Assembly: GCA_964057225.1 (NCBI GenBank)
Contig: OZ059898.1
Location: 12,090,001 to 12,154,000 of the forward strand
Direction of reading: 5' to 3'
Length of the DNA: 64,000 nucleotides
Source: Auanema rhodensis
Lineage: Eukaryota; Animalia; Nematoda
Shown in pieces: positions 52,558 to 64,000 of the stretch. The translations under genes were made by a program, and so were the position numbers. Numbering within the stretch: the stretch's first letter is position 1; every line of letters begins with the position of its first letter. The notes beneath the pieces are model-generated. The model ran no database searches, was not told where the DNA came from, and was given only the letters and a program-made list of their open reading frames with translations.

Positions 52558-55500
52558 ATGATTATTATATATTTTTTACTATCAACTCTAGTCTACTCTC
52601 ATCGACTGATTCAATCTCAGTCACTACTGATTCCCAGCATTCCAGCTGCGAATTCTCAGGTTAAAAAATTTTATTATATTCTATATTTTCATAGCAAATT
52701 TTTAAGTTTGTTTATGAATTGACTAAAAACAGCTTATAAACGATTTTCATGGCTTTGAATATACAATATTATTTCACATATTTATAGGAATTCTTATGTT
52801 TTAACCTTACAGGCTTATCTTCGTTCAAACAATGTGTCTTCGTACAGTATCCATCTAGGAAATCAATCTAGTTGCCGTTTCAAAGCTGCCGTTATACCAT
52901 GTGAATGCATTAAGAAAGTAAGAACCATCATTGTGAAACTTGGTTCACTTTTCATCTCAATCTTTAGGTTTCGAATCAGTATTGGCTGGAAGAAAATGGA
53001 ATCGTTTTGACAAACTTCTCTGTCAGCTTACCAGATATCAAAATTCGAACTCCATCTAATCATGAACTACTGCAAGAGCTTATAGTCCATTTTACTCCAA
53101 AACTCTGTCAAATGGAACGATTTGTCGTACACTTACAACGTCGAACACTAGAAGTAAACGACTCATATCTACATTTCACTAATTAAACTCAAACTTCAGA
53201 ATGCTCCCGGAGAAAAAATCGAATGGCACACTACAGCAACATCTACTATCTCGCTTCACAGTCAGCAAGAATCATTAGTATTTCCATGTCAATCATTTGC
53301 TGATATCGGATTCTATCAAGTTATTCTACTATCCCAGAATAATTATTCGATAATTGTTCGTTTTTTTTTCTCATTTTTTCCATCAAATATTCATCTAATT
53401 TTCGTTTAATTATTATAAATGGTATATTCGTTTGAATTATGCTCATGGCTTCTTTCATGCAATGTCTTGAATGCCTGTTTGTGTCAGGTTTTTATAGTCT
53501 TTGAGCTTCAAAGAATTAACGAAAGATGGGCAGGAAGAATATTTGGCTTAAAAAAATTTTTTTTTTAATTTAACCATTTAACTCATAGCGTTTTGCTATA
53601 TAAACAATAGAATTTTCATATATAAACTCGTAATCGTAATGAAATGAACGAAATACGTTTCTGGACACAATTGGATTTAATTGAAATTTTGATTTTACAG
53701 GGTGATCAGTTTGTGGTTAATCATACAACAGAATATTCGTTAAGCTTAAGGAATGATAGCATATTTCCTCATTGCTCATCTGAATATGATGTTTCATGGA
53801 CTCTAGCGAAATGTCCTCTGAACGATTTACACTATCGTATTCGTCTGTTTGCTGTTCCTGAAGGTGGATCTGATCATGAAGATCGTGTTCATTACATAGG
53901 TTTGCATTTTCAACTTGAAAAAACCTTAAAATATGAAATTTCAGAAGAACTTGGTATTAGTAAAGAGCAGACATCAGTGTCCATTAGCTGTTCACATTTT
54001 GATATTATTTATGAAAAATATTGCTTCGAATTAGTGTCCATCAATCGCAATTCATCTACATTCCAATTATGGAAGTCAACTTGTGTTAGCACTGAGCCAG
54101 GTACAGTAATATCATTATCAAACCTTTTCTATTTTCTTTATTGTTCTTTTGAAAATTGTTTATGAATGAGTTAAAGTATATAGCTATGATGAGGATATGA
54201 TGATGCAACATGACGATCAGAATAATTCAGATGCGCATGTTAATGCAATACTAACATCATTCAGAAGCCTCACAAATATTAATTGCTTTAACCATATTTT
54301 GATTTTTGTTTGACCGTTGAATTTATGAGATTAGCATTTTGGCTAAGCACACATGTCAACTCCTACCAGCTTTTCTGTCATTCTCTATGACATGTCTATC
54401 TATCTGAAAACGTCCATCTCCATTATGACGTACTGGAGTATTAAAGCTGTAGCTGTTTGGAGTTAAAAGACAGACAGAACAGCAGCAGCAGACAGCAAAG
54501 GGCAGGAGACAATGAAGGATCAAGCAATAGGGAAATGAAAATGTATGTGAAGCCCTGTACTGAAAGTATATTAAGATTTTTTTTCAATAAGTTATAGTTT
54601 GATTTTAAGCATAAATAGCATATTCTAACTAAATTAATCTCGAAAATCTCTTTAATATATTTTGGGTGAAACATACTTTGAAGTATACTCATCAAGTATG
54701 AACTAAGCTAATTTAGCATTAGTCAGCCTACTCTACTTATAAGTAACAACAAGCATTTTGCTTCATCTTCTCGCTCTTCTGTTTCCGTCGGTTTCAGCCG
54801 TCTGTCACGACGTCGCATATGGCAATGTGAAGTTATTGGCATAGTTAACTTACTTATATCTTTAATATATATACACACATATATATTAGTTTCCTTATAT
54901 GTTATAAGGATGAGTGCTTCTTAAGCACAATCTGTTGAACCTTATAAGGCTACTTGTCAACAACAAATTCCATTATTCTAATCTGAATTTCATATTAATA
55001 TTGAAACACAGGGTTCATCTGAGCTTATATTAAGTTTTTGGCTTTGTTTTCTATTTTTATCAGTTAGAAACAGCTCAGAATGAAAGAAATGTGTACCCCA
55101 TTGAATCATTTAGCAACTTATTCTTGATGCTTATACTAGTTATAGTTAAGTTTTGGCTTATGGTCATGAATATCGTGGTGGGAAGATGATGAAGTAAATA
55201 AAGATTCTGTGAGAATATGTATGCATTTGAAATCGTTCCTTAGCATATGTACATTCATAGAAATTGTATTTAATTAATAAGCAGGTGACTACAATATACG
55301 TCACAACTATACTCATCCTATAATTGCAAAGAGGCCGACAGAATAATAACAACAAGAGCTTAAGCTCTTACGTGTGCTCTAAGCCATACGTCTCTGACTC
55401 TCTCATTTCTTTCTTGTTCTCGGTCAACCTTCGAATCCTGTCATCTATACTACTCTGTTCTCCTTTTACCGGTGAGGCTATCAATAGCAATCTGAATTCA

Positions 55501-58500
55501 GCAACCAGCTGTGTCATCTTCAGACTGAACGCTGTTTCTATCTTCTTTGCTCATCGGCCACCTCTTACATGATAGGACACGTGTTCAACCTCAATACTAA
55601 TGAGATTAGAGGTGACCTGAGTATAATGATGATGCTCATGATCATCATCGTTGTCCTTTTTATTTTTTTCTGGTTTGAAAAGGAATAGCGCTAATTAAAT
55701 TTCTATAAATTGGACTTAGATATACTGAAGTCTGGCGGATAAACAACTGCGCATTATTCTCGCAGAAAAAGGAAATTCCCATGTCTGCTGGGGCTTGCAT
55801 TCATTCATGTTGTCATCTTCCCGTGTTTATGATATCATCCGGTCTCACTCATCTTCCACTGTCAATAATCCGTGTCTGAGCATACAAACGGTGGCAGGTT
55901 CAGCATCATGCACACACCCAGACATATACAACACATAGGCATAGGCATCGGGCTTCACTTGACCCCGTATCTGAGCTCAACCGGTCAGAACCCAATTCAA
56001 CATCTGCCTCTGCTCATTCGGACTCATAATCTATCTATGTTCTGAATTGCGGAAAACAAGTTAATGCCAGATTGGAGTACACAGGGGGTGAAGAGTGTGA
56101 CAGGGACTGTTCGAAGAGGGGGCGGAGGAGAAAAGAGTGTGAAAAAGCATTTTCAAACAAAACTTCCGAGAAGTCACAGTAACTGAGTATAAATTTAGAA
56201 ATATGCTCTTTAATGCTGGAAACAAATTATAAAATAAAAAGTGCATTTGATGTTCTAAAAAGTTTCTCCTCCATTTCTTCTTCTATAAAGTATTGTTTAA
56301 TGATTCTTGAATTTGAAACATCTAAAGCTTTGTGCATATTGTCTAAAACAAAGACGTCAATAGGACAACAACAGCATTGAAGATGATTGTTTATGAAATT
56401 TTTTGTAAACATTCAAATAATTCAAGATAATTATTTAACACAACAGGAACATCTGCAGCTTTGTTAAAACATCTAGTACTATTACTTCTTTCAGTAATAG
56501 TAGTAGTAGTTGAATAAATGTGTCAGTAATTAAGCCAATTTGTGTTGGCAATCTGTCAAAACCTTCTTTCATAAACTGACCATTGGCTCTTAAATCTGAA
56601 TTTTTCGTTACTCTCTCTGGCTATATTATATTCTATCTCTCTATCTCTGTCTCTCTTTCTCTCGTACTCTCTCCCTCTTAATCTCTTAGGCTTGCTGTTG
56701 CTTCGTTTTGTTATTCTACTGTCTGTCATTGTTTTATATTTCTGTTTCTTTTCAAAATACTTTTGGGATGCGAAGAGATAATTGTCTCATACATATACAA
56801 CAGGGTGGTTGCAAGCAGTAAGCAAGAAAGCAGAAGATAACAAGACGATGAGAGAACCAGCATGTTATACAGACTTCGGTCATTATCCACTTGTTCTCTC
56901 TCTCTCTCTTTCCATTTCTTACTCCTGAAACTGCTCCATATGGTATATAGTGCTTAGAGCTAAATGGTCTATAATCGAGATGAGAGTAACAGGCACTGTA
57001 TTGTCTTTTCTTAAGAAAAAATAATAAAAGACAATGCGCTAAATGGTTGCTCATTAAGTTTTTAATAACCTTCCTCAATTGGTATTGTATTGGGGTAAAA
57101 CTGAATGAATTCTTTAGCTGAAGAGATGTTAAATGGCAAAATAACATCAAAAGCTTTTTGATTCATTGTTTTGAGCTTCTGTCAAGATTGACCTTTTATA
57201 ATGGGTAATTATAATTAAAACAATCATTTAAAATAATTTTGATGACAAGCCAACACATACAGATTGTGTATGTACATACAGTAGTGGAGGGATAGAAGGG
57301 ATAGAAGAAGGCAGATGACCATTTGGGATTTGTAAGCAAGACTGAACTTTTGTAGAAAAGACAGATGAATTTATGAATATTTCAGTAAATCATAATTATA
57401 TTTGATATAGAATAATTAAAAGAGAATAATTAAACTATTTACCTCATATGTTTAATTAAAAATAATTATTGTAATATGTTTTCTTCCTTTTTTTTTGGTT
57501 CACATCATCATAAAATGATATAATTTAATTTATAAATATAGAAGTTAAATCTAAGATTAGATTTATATAGCCGGTCAATGTCTTTCGTCTTCATCTTCGT
57601 TTTTCTATTGTCTGTCTGTAATCTCTTGTATTTATATTATCTTTTCAATTAGTATCTATTTTTGAATGAAAGCCATCAAGACAATTACACCATGTTAATA
57701 GGAATACTATTCGTCGTGTAATTAAGAGATTTGGTAAGGAAGCAAAAGAAACGATAAAAGAGTAATGAATTATATGTTAGAGCATGAGAGAGTATGAGAG
57801 AAAAAGACAAAATGAAATGGAGCTTGATGCTCTAACAGATCTAAAGATGGAATAGACCCAAGAGCCAAAACAATCAATCTATCCCGCACATTCTCAATAA
57901 ACTCCTTTCGTTAGATAATTAGAAAATGATCTTAAGATGAGATGATTCTCCAATATTTCATTGGATACAGAGGAAAAGGGAGTAAAAAGCATTAATATTT
58001 CATAAAAATTTTGAAATAACATTGATGAATGACGAGAATTTCTTTTATAATATTATATATTACAGTGCTACGTCAAAATGGTGGATGGTCAAATTGGTCA
58101 GAGTGGTCAGCTTGTTCAGCAACTTGCGGAACAGGTAGATCTCGCAGGTAAAATATACTATATAATTTATTAAATATATAAAATAAACTATATATTTTAA
58201 TATATATATAATCTAATAATTAATATCATTTTATAGATCAAGAGCATGTGATAATCCTGTGCCAATTCGTGGTAAAAGTTGTGTCGGTGATGTACTAGAA
58301 ACCCGTGAATGTATAGAAAAAAAATGTCCATGTAAGATATTTAGTTTGCTATTTATCTCGAAATCTATATATAGAAGAATAATTTTAATTAAATTGTATT
58401 TTAGTAGCAGCCAATTATCAACTTCATACTTCAAACTGCAGCTGTGGCTGTGAACTTAATGGTGAAGCGGGTTCATTCTTTGCTACAGCAAGGTAAATAT

Positions 58501-60470
58501 ATATTCATAAAGATATTTTTCATATAATCTATGCTTAATTTAACCAAAAAAAACCATTAAAATTAAATAAATTGAAAGAAAAAAATAAATTTAATTTTAA
58601 TAATTTTTTTTTTAAATGAAAAATTAAATTTATGCCCTTTCTAGCGTTCACGAAAAATGCTCCGGCAATCAAACGTGGTACTTTAATTCGAGAAATATAC
58701 GGACAGTGATTGATATTTCCGTTCAACAAGATGATAAAGCTCAAGGAAAATTATTTTTTTTCCTACGAAAACCATATGGGGTACGAGAATTTATGTGATA
58801 TCTTCATAATTTTATAATAATTTAGGAATTAGTATGGTTTTCTGGTTCAAATCATGAGTCAGATTTTACTCTTAGAACTGACGATGCAATTTATATTGTT
58901 TTATGGAGTAAAACGAATACAAGTAGAAGACATTCTACAAGTATTGATGGTAAAAAACATCACCCAAAAGGTTTCACTGTTATATATACTGTAAGAGGTT
59001 AGCATAATCACATAATATGGAATATAACATTAAAATTGAATTCGTTTGCAGGTCCTGAAGAGCCGATTGTACTTTCTGCTCGACCATCATTAGCTTGTCA
59101 TCCAGTTTGTCCTGAAACTGTTATCATATCACTGATGGGAATTCTATTTCTTCTAATTATATTCATTCCTCCATTCATTTGTGCCGGTATAACTCAACGA
59201 ATTCGTCGTAATAGCAGCCCTGAACTACCTCTAATTGACCAAAAGTAGATTTTTCAACCGATTTTCTCATTAGTCTTTTCTTTATTTTTCATAAAAATTT
59301 AATATGCTTACATAATGTATTCTATTTCAGATATGAAAATGAAATGATTCGATCTGGTAATACAGAATGTACACATGTTAGCGGAACTAAGGAATTCATT
59401 GCAAGACGTAGTATTGGAATACAATTAAGCGTTCAAAATACTCCAAGGTAAAATATCTTATATGTTATAAATCACCTAAAGAAAGAGAATTTGATTAACT
59501 ATACATATAGCCATCTCAAAAACTTATAAATTACAATTTCAAACCTCAATGATCACAATAAAATTATTTCAAAAGTTAAAAATAGTTCATAACAACAACT
59601 TAACTATACAAAACGGATTATATTAAATTAGCATAAACTACAATATGTTTAAATTACATTTAGTAATTTACACGTGAGACGTGAAAAGTTTTTATTTTAT
59701 TTTGATTTTAAAAAACAATTGATACGGTTGATGTTTTATATTAATTCTGCATGAAGATTTTATTCTTGTAGCAGATTTTATAATATATAAAACGATAAAA
59801 TTATAATTTTATCATATTTTATATATTATTTTATAAATAAATAAATAAATATTAATTTTTTCTAGTGATCAACAACTTAAAGGCAGGTACTATTTATAAT
59901 ATTAATGATTTCATTTTGATTTGTTCATCCGTTTATTTAATGAGTTATTTCAAAATATTTGAAAAAAAAAGATTTTGTTTGCGCATGAAGGTGTGATTAA
60001 GCTTAAATTTGGGATACTGTTGATAAGCTTGATTATGTTCTTCCTCCCCCCCTCCCTTATTTTTTTATAAAGCAACCTAGTTCATCTTTTCCCTCTCCCA
60101 ATATACTTTTCTCCATCATTTACTAACTTACATTTATGGTGTTTGCGTTGATTGCTCTCAGCAGAGTTTTAATAAAATAGATTCTATTTATAATATTTGT
60201 ATTAATAATTTCATATTTTATATTTTTAGGTTAACACGAACATGTCCGTCGGCTGACTCACCATTGCCTCGAGGCTTATCTAGCTTATCAACGTCTGATG
60301 AACTTGAATATGACTATTATGATGGTACAACAATTCCCGGTTCACTATTAGCTCCATTACAAGCAAATGATGAACTATTCACACAAATTGACATTGATCA
60401 AATCATTCGACAATCACAGATATTTACATCGGATAATGTATCAAAGCAAGATGTTCACACTCAAATATAG
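52558..60470 (+). CDS. Golden goal (Gogo)/THSD1-like single-pass receptor: signal peptide, Cys-containing N-terminal domain, TSP1, CUB-like domain, TM, cytoplasmic YYD motif
   Basis: [14 protein letters not shown]...; [12 protein letters not shown]; [18 protein letters not shown]; TSP1 [30 protein letters not shown] (58066-58330); [13 protein letters not shown]; [26 protein letters not shown]; ELEYDYYDG near the C-terminus. Confidence 0.8.
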
Positions 60471-61426
60471 TTAATATGATTGATGTTTACTTTCTATTTC
60501 AAGTTCCTTTTCATTTTTGTAAGTGTTGTTTCAAAAAATATATCAAAAAAACATAAATGAAGAGGAAAGAGCAAACATGATCATGCTCAGCTATCATTGA
60601 GATCAAACATGTGAGCTTCACGGTGTATATACATACAAGAGCATTTCCCGCAATAGACTAAATTATAGATTTTTTATGAAAATGTTTTATTTTTTTCTTC
60701 CAAAATCCATTAAAATATTTATTTTTTTGGATTTAAAATGTTTTTTTCTTTGTCTTCCATCATTTTTTTTTCATATTTGCATACAGGTGTTTGTGATAAT
60801 TATTGTATTACTTGTTTTAAGTTTTAAGTAATCCATTCATTCGGGATTTACTTCAATTGTATTTTTCTAATTGAATTACTGGCTAATTCAGCTGTTTTTA
60901 TTTAAAAATATATAATTTTTATTATTTTTAATATACATAACTGTATGTATATAATATCTTTATATGTTTAACAAAGTTATTTCTATAATTATAATGTTGT
61001 TGATAACATGACACGTAAACATAGAAGGCAATTTCTAAAACTTCTAAAAGAATATTAGAAAATAAATAAAATAAAACTTAAATATCATTCAAAATGTTTT
61101 TTCTTATTACTTATATTCTGATAATTGGAAAATTGTTTTAAACTTTAGAAAAAACATGAAATACTTTTATACAGTACTTGAAATAATAATTTTTATTTCT
61201 TTTAGTATTTTATTTAACAATCAAAATTAGTTTTATTCATTTTCATACTTTTAAATATATAAATATTTGTATTTTATAAATATACAAACAATTCATTGGG
61301 TCTTTTAATCACCATTGCTACATCCATATCGTGAATATACTCTGTGTTTGAAACATACATACAGATAGACAGATAAAACAGGTGTTATTCAAACTTTATG
61401 TATTATTCAGATAAACAAAATGAATT

Positions 61427-61967
61427 TCAAATAGATTTATATACAATACTTGCAAGTCATTACCTACGATTATCGATACGAATATTGATTTCAACTAAAT
61501 TAGATAATCTGATTGTTTGTATGAATCATATACTGATTTTTAAGTTTGCCTTTCAAGCTTACATTAGCTTATGTTCGAAGAAGTACGCCGATTATAACTC
61601 GAGAACCATGCTGAAAACTCATAAATCCTCGAAAACTATGCTGAAAACCCGATAATCTACATAATTATCAATTTTGAACTTACGATATTGTGTCAAACCG
61701 ACTTGAACAAAAGTATAATGTATTTGTGTTTTTATAATGATCGAAAAAGAAGAGAAAATCATTATACAATACTTTCTTTCTATCATTAAACTTTAAAATT
61801 AAATATTTTTATGTAAATCTGATATCATACTATAACTGTTAAATTCTGATTTTTAATCAAATAAATTATATTTACAATCAAGACAGCATGTTATGCAATT
61901 ATATAATAGATCAATTTGATTAATCACAAAAATTATAATATAATTTCCCGTTTGTTAGAAAAAATAG

Positions 61968-62014
<47 letters not shown>

Positions 62015-62434
62015 TAGAGAAAGAGAGAGAGAGAGAAAGAGAGAGATAAAGAAAGAGAGAGAGAGAGAGAGAAAGAGAGACACATGAATAGAAAGAGAGA
62101 GAAAGAGAGCGATACAAGAGATATAACTGCAAAAATGGAAGAAAAAAAAGAATTTCCTTATTGATATACACATGGAAGTATCGATATTCATGCATGTATA
62201 AAAAAATATCGGGTTTTCAGCATAGTTTTCGAGGATTTATGAGTTTTCAGCATGGTTCTCGAGTTATAATCGGCGTACTTCTTCGAACATAAGCTAATGT
62301 AAGCTTGAAAGGCAAACTTAAAAATCAGTATATGATTCATACAAACAATCAGATTATCTAATTTAGTTGAAATCAATATTCGTATCGATAATCGTAGGTA
62401 ATGACTTGCAAGTATTGTATATAAATCTATTTGA
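61427..62434. repeat. 228-bp inverted repeat pair (61427-61654 / 62207-62434) around a ~550-bp spacer
   Basis: The arms are reverse complements (the ORF track gives an identical translation on both strands); no clear target-site duplication. Confidence 0.9.
61965..62110. repeat. Imperfect (GA)n microsatellite
   Basis: gagagagaaagagaga... tract. Confidence 0.85.
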
Positions 62435-62710
62435 GTATTAAATAATATATTGAACATATAGAGAGACAATCACTTTTTTTCTTCAACTTAATAACCGTCG
62501 ACAGAAATTTATTGAACATTCTGTGAAGTAGGAGGAGCTAAGATTAAGCAGCAAAATTAACTATGTAAATGTCATAAAAAGTTTTATAATATTAAAACAT
62601 AATATTTTTGCGTTTCTTTATGAAGTATTAAAAATTATTTGAAGTTACTCTTCAAATACTTCCAATGATTCAACTTCTCATCTTAGTTTTACTTCAAGAA
62701 GTCCGATATA

Positions 62711-62786
62711 CAGTCATGTGCAAAAATCTTCGGAAACCCATATGTTAGAAGCCCCAGAAAACCCCTTCAAACTACAAAAAAAAACC
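62711..62786. mobile_element. Terminal fragment of the same Tc1-like MITE family as 34046-34240
   Basis: TA|cagtcatgtgc...tatgttagaagccccagaaaaccccttcaaactacaaaaaaaacc matches the reverse complement of ~34165-34240. Confidence 0.7.
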
Positions 62787-63215
62787 TTTTTCGTAAGGTC
62801 ACAAAAATAGTGTTTTTTTGACTATTTTCCTATTATCCTTTTTGAGATTAGGAACATGTTAATTTATTAAAAATATTTTAAAATGATTCTGAGCAGAAAA
62901 CTTGATAAATAACTAAGTTTTTATCTGCAGCATAGCTTCAAACAAGTAGGCCCCAACATCTGAATCATACTGAATATCTATCTATATCTATATTTCAATT
63001 GTGAAATTATGTTTTTTTTTTCAGAAAACTTACAATGTTTGATTGTTTTTATTTTAAAAAGTTGTTTTATTTTTATTTTTATTACTCAAAATACATTATT
63101 TTCGAATTTTTTTGTATCAAATGTTTTAAAATAAAAATTTTTATTGAATATAATAATGGAATAACTATACATTTTGTATTTATATTTCTTATAATTAGTT
63201 AAATTAATTGAAAAA

Positions 63216-64000
63216 ATGATTCAGATGTCTGATACTTCAGTTACAATAGTTAAAGTAAGCTTGGCTCTTTTCAATGTTCTTGGTACATTTGGTAATTTAA
63301 ATATAATTATTGCAACATATAGGTATAAGGAACTGCATCATAAATGTGGTAAATATTTGTTTCATTTCATGATTTTGAAACAAAAAAAAAGGAAATAATA
63401 AAGTTTTTTCTTTATTTAGTTATATATTTCAGCAATTCTATTGGCTTTCTTAGCTCTCACAGATCTTTTATCACTTTGGTGTGAACTTCAATCGTTTATA
63501 CGTTTAGTTTTTTCATTTTATGAGACAAAACGTATTTCATGTTTTTGGTTCAACATCATCTATATCTATGTTGAACCTTTTGAAGTTTCATGCAAATTAT
63601 TGGTAGGAGTTGATCGAATCTTGGCTATAACTATACCAACTCGGTAAGAATGATCAAGATACTTCATCTGATATGCTTTCAGGTATCGTACTTGGCACAC
63701 AAAAACATATATATTGATTATAATAGCTCCTGGTGCAATATTATCTTTAATATTTCCTGTATAGTTTATAAAAATAAAATAAAATATTTAATTTATTTAT
63801 ATTTAAAGATATTTTCATATTTTCAAATGGATAAAGAGATTGTTCCAATATGTGTTCTTCCTACATCTATGCCTCCTAAAGTATCACAGTGGTGGAATTA
63901 TTTTAATTTATATTCTGGAGTTGTAACTCTTATTTTATATATTATAACTTATGTAAAATTATATTTATTTAGTAAGTTTTACTCAATTAAATTCCAGAAA
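63216..64000 (+). CDS. Serpentine GPCR, srsx class, 5' part; runs off the window end
   Basis: GTFGNLNIIIATYRYKELHHKC|AILLAFLALTD...CFWF...GVDRILAITIPTRY...VPICVLPTSMP. Confidence 0.88.

Noticed and set aside
47764-62195. Ser/Leu-repeat ORFs at 47764-47979 and 61920-62195, and paired ORFs 61398-61655 / 62188-62469
   Set aside because: Translations of GA microsatellites and of the inverted-repeat arms
1-64000. Telomere addition or programmed DNA elimination break sites
   Set aside because: No TTAGGC arrays and no motif I can confidently identify; germline versus soma read data would be needed

Overview
AT-rich nematode (rhabditid-like) genomic DNA, judged from the ~42-50 nt introns, TTTCAG-type acceptors and nematode chemoreceptor families. 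Most entries in the supplied ORF track are exon fragments or spurious. From left to right: the 5' part of a rhodopsin-like 7TM GPCR (-); a DP transcription factor gene (dpl-1-like, -); a large USP9X/USP24 (fat facets)-family deubiquitinase (-); a small single-pass membrane gene (+); a solo tRNA-Gly(TCC); three srab/sra-type chemoreceptors (-), with a tandem array of 13 full-length tRNA-Gly(TCC) genes (~178-bp unit, two spacer types) between the first two; two ~1.25-kb palindromes that each hold a head-to-head pair of 3-exon genes for an 86-aa secreted 10-Cys peptide absent from the ORF track (4 copies); between the palindromes a 77-aa orphan ORF, an srx chemoreceptor and a small membrane-protein gene; a golden goal/THSD1-like TSP1-CUB receptor (+); a 228-bp inverted repeat; and the 5' part of an srsx GPCR (+). 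The best candidates for new biology are the palindromic peptide-gene cassettes and the tRNA array with its two-state spacer. All gene models were spliced by eye, so boundaries may be off by a few bases.
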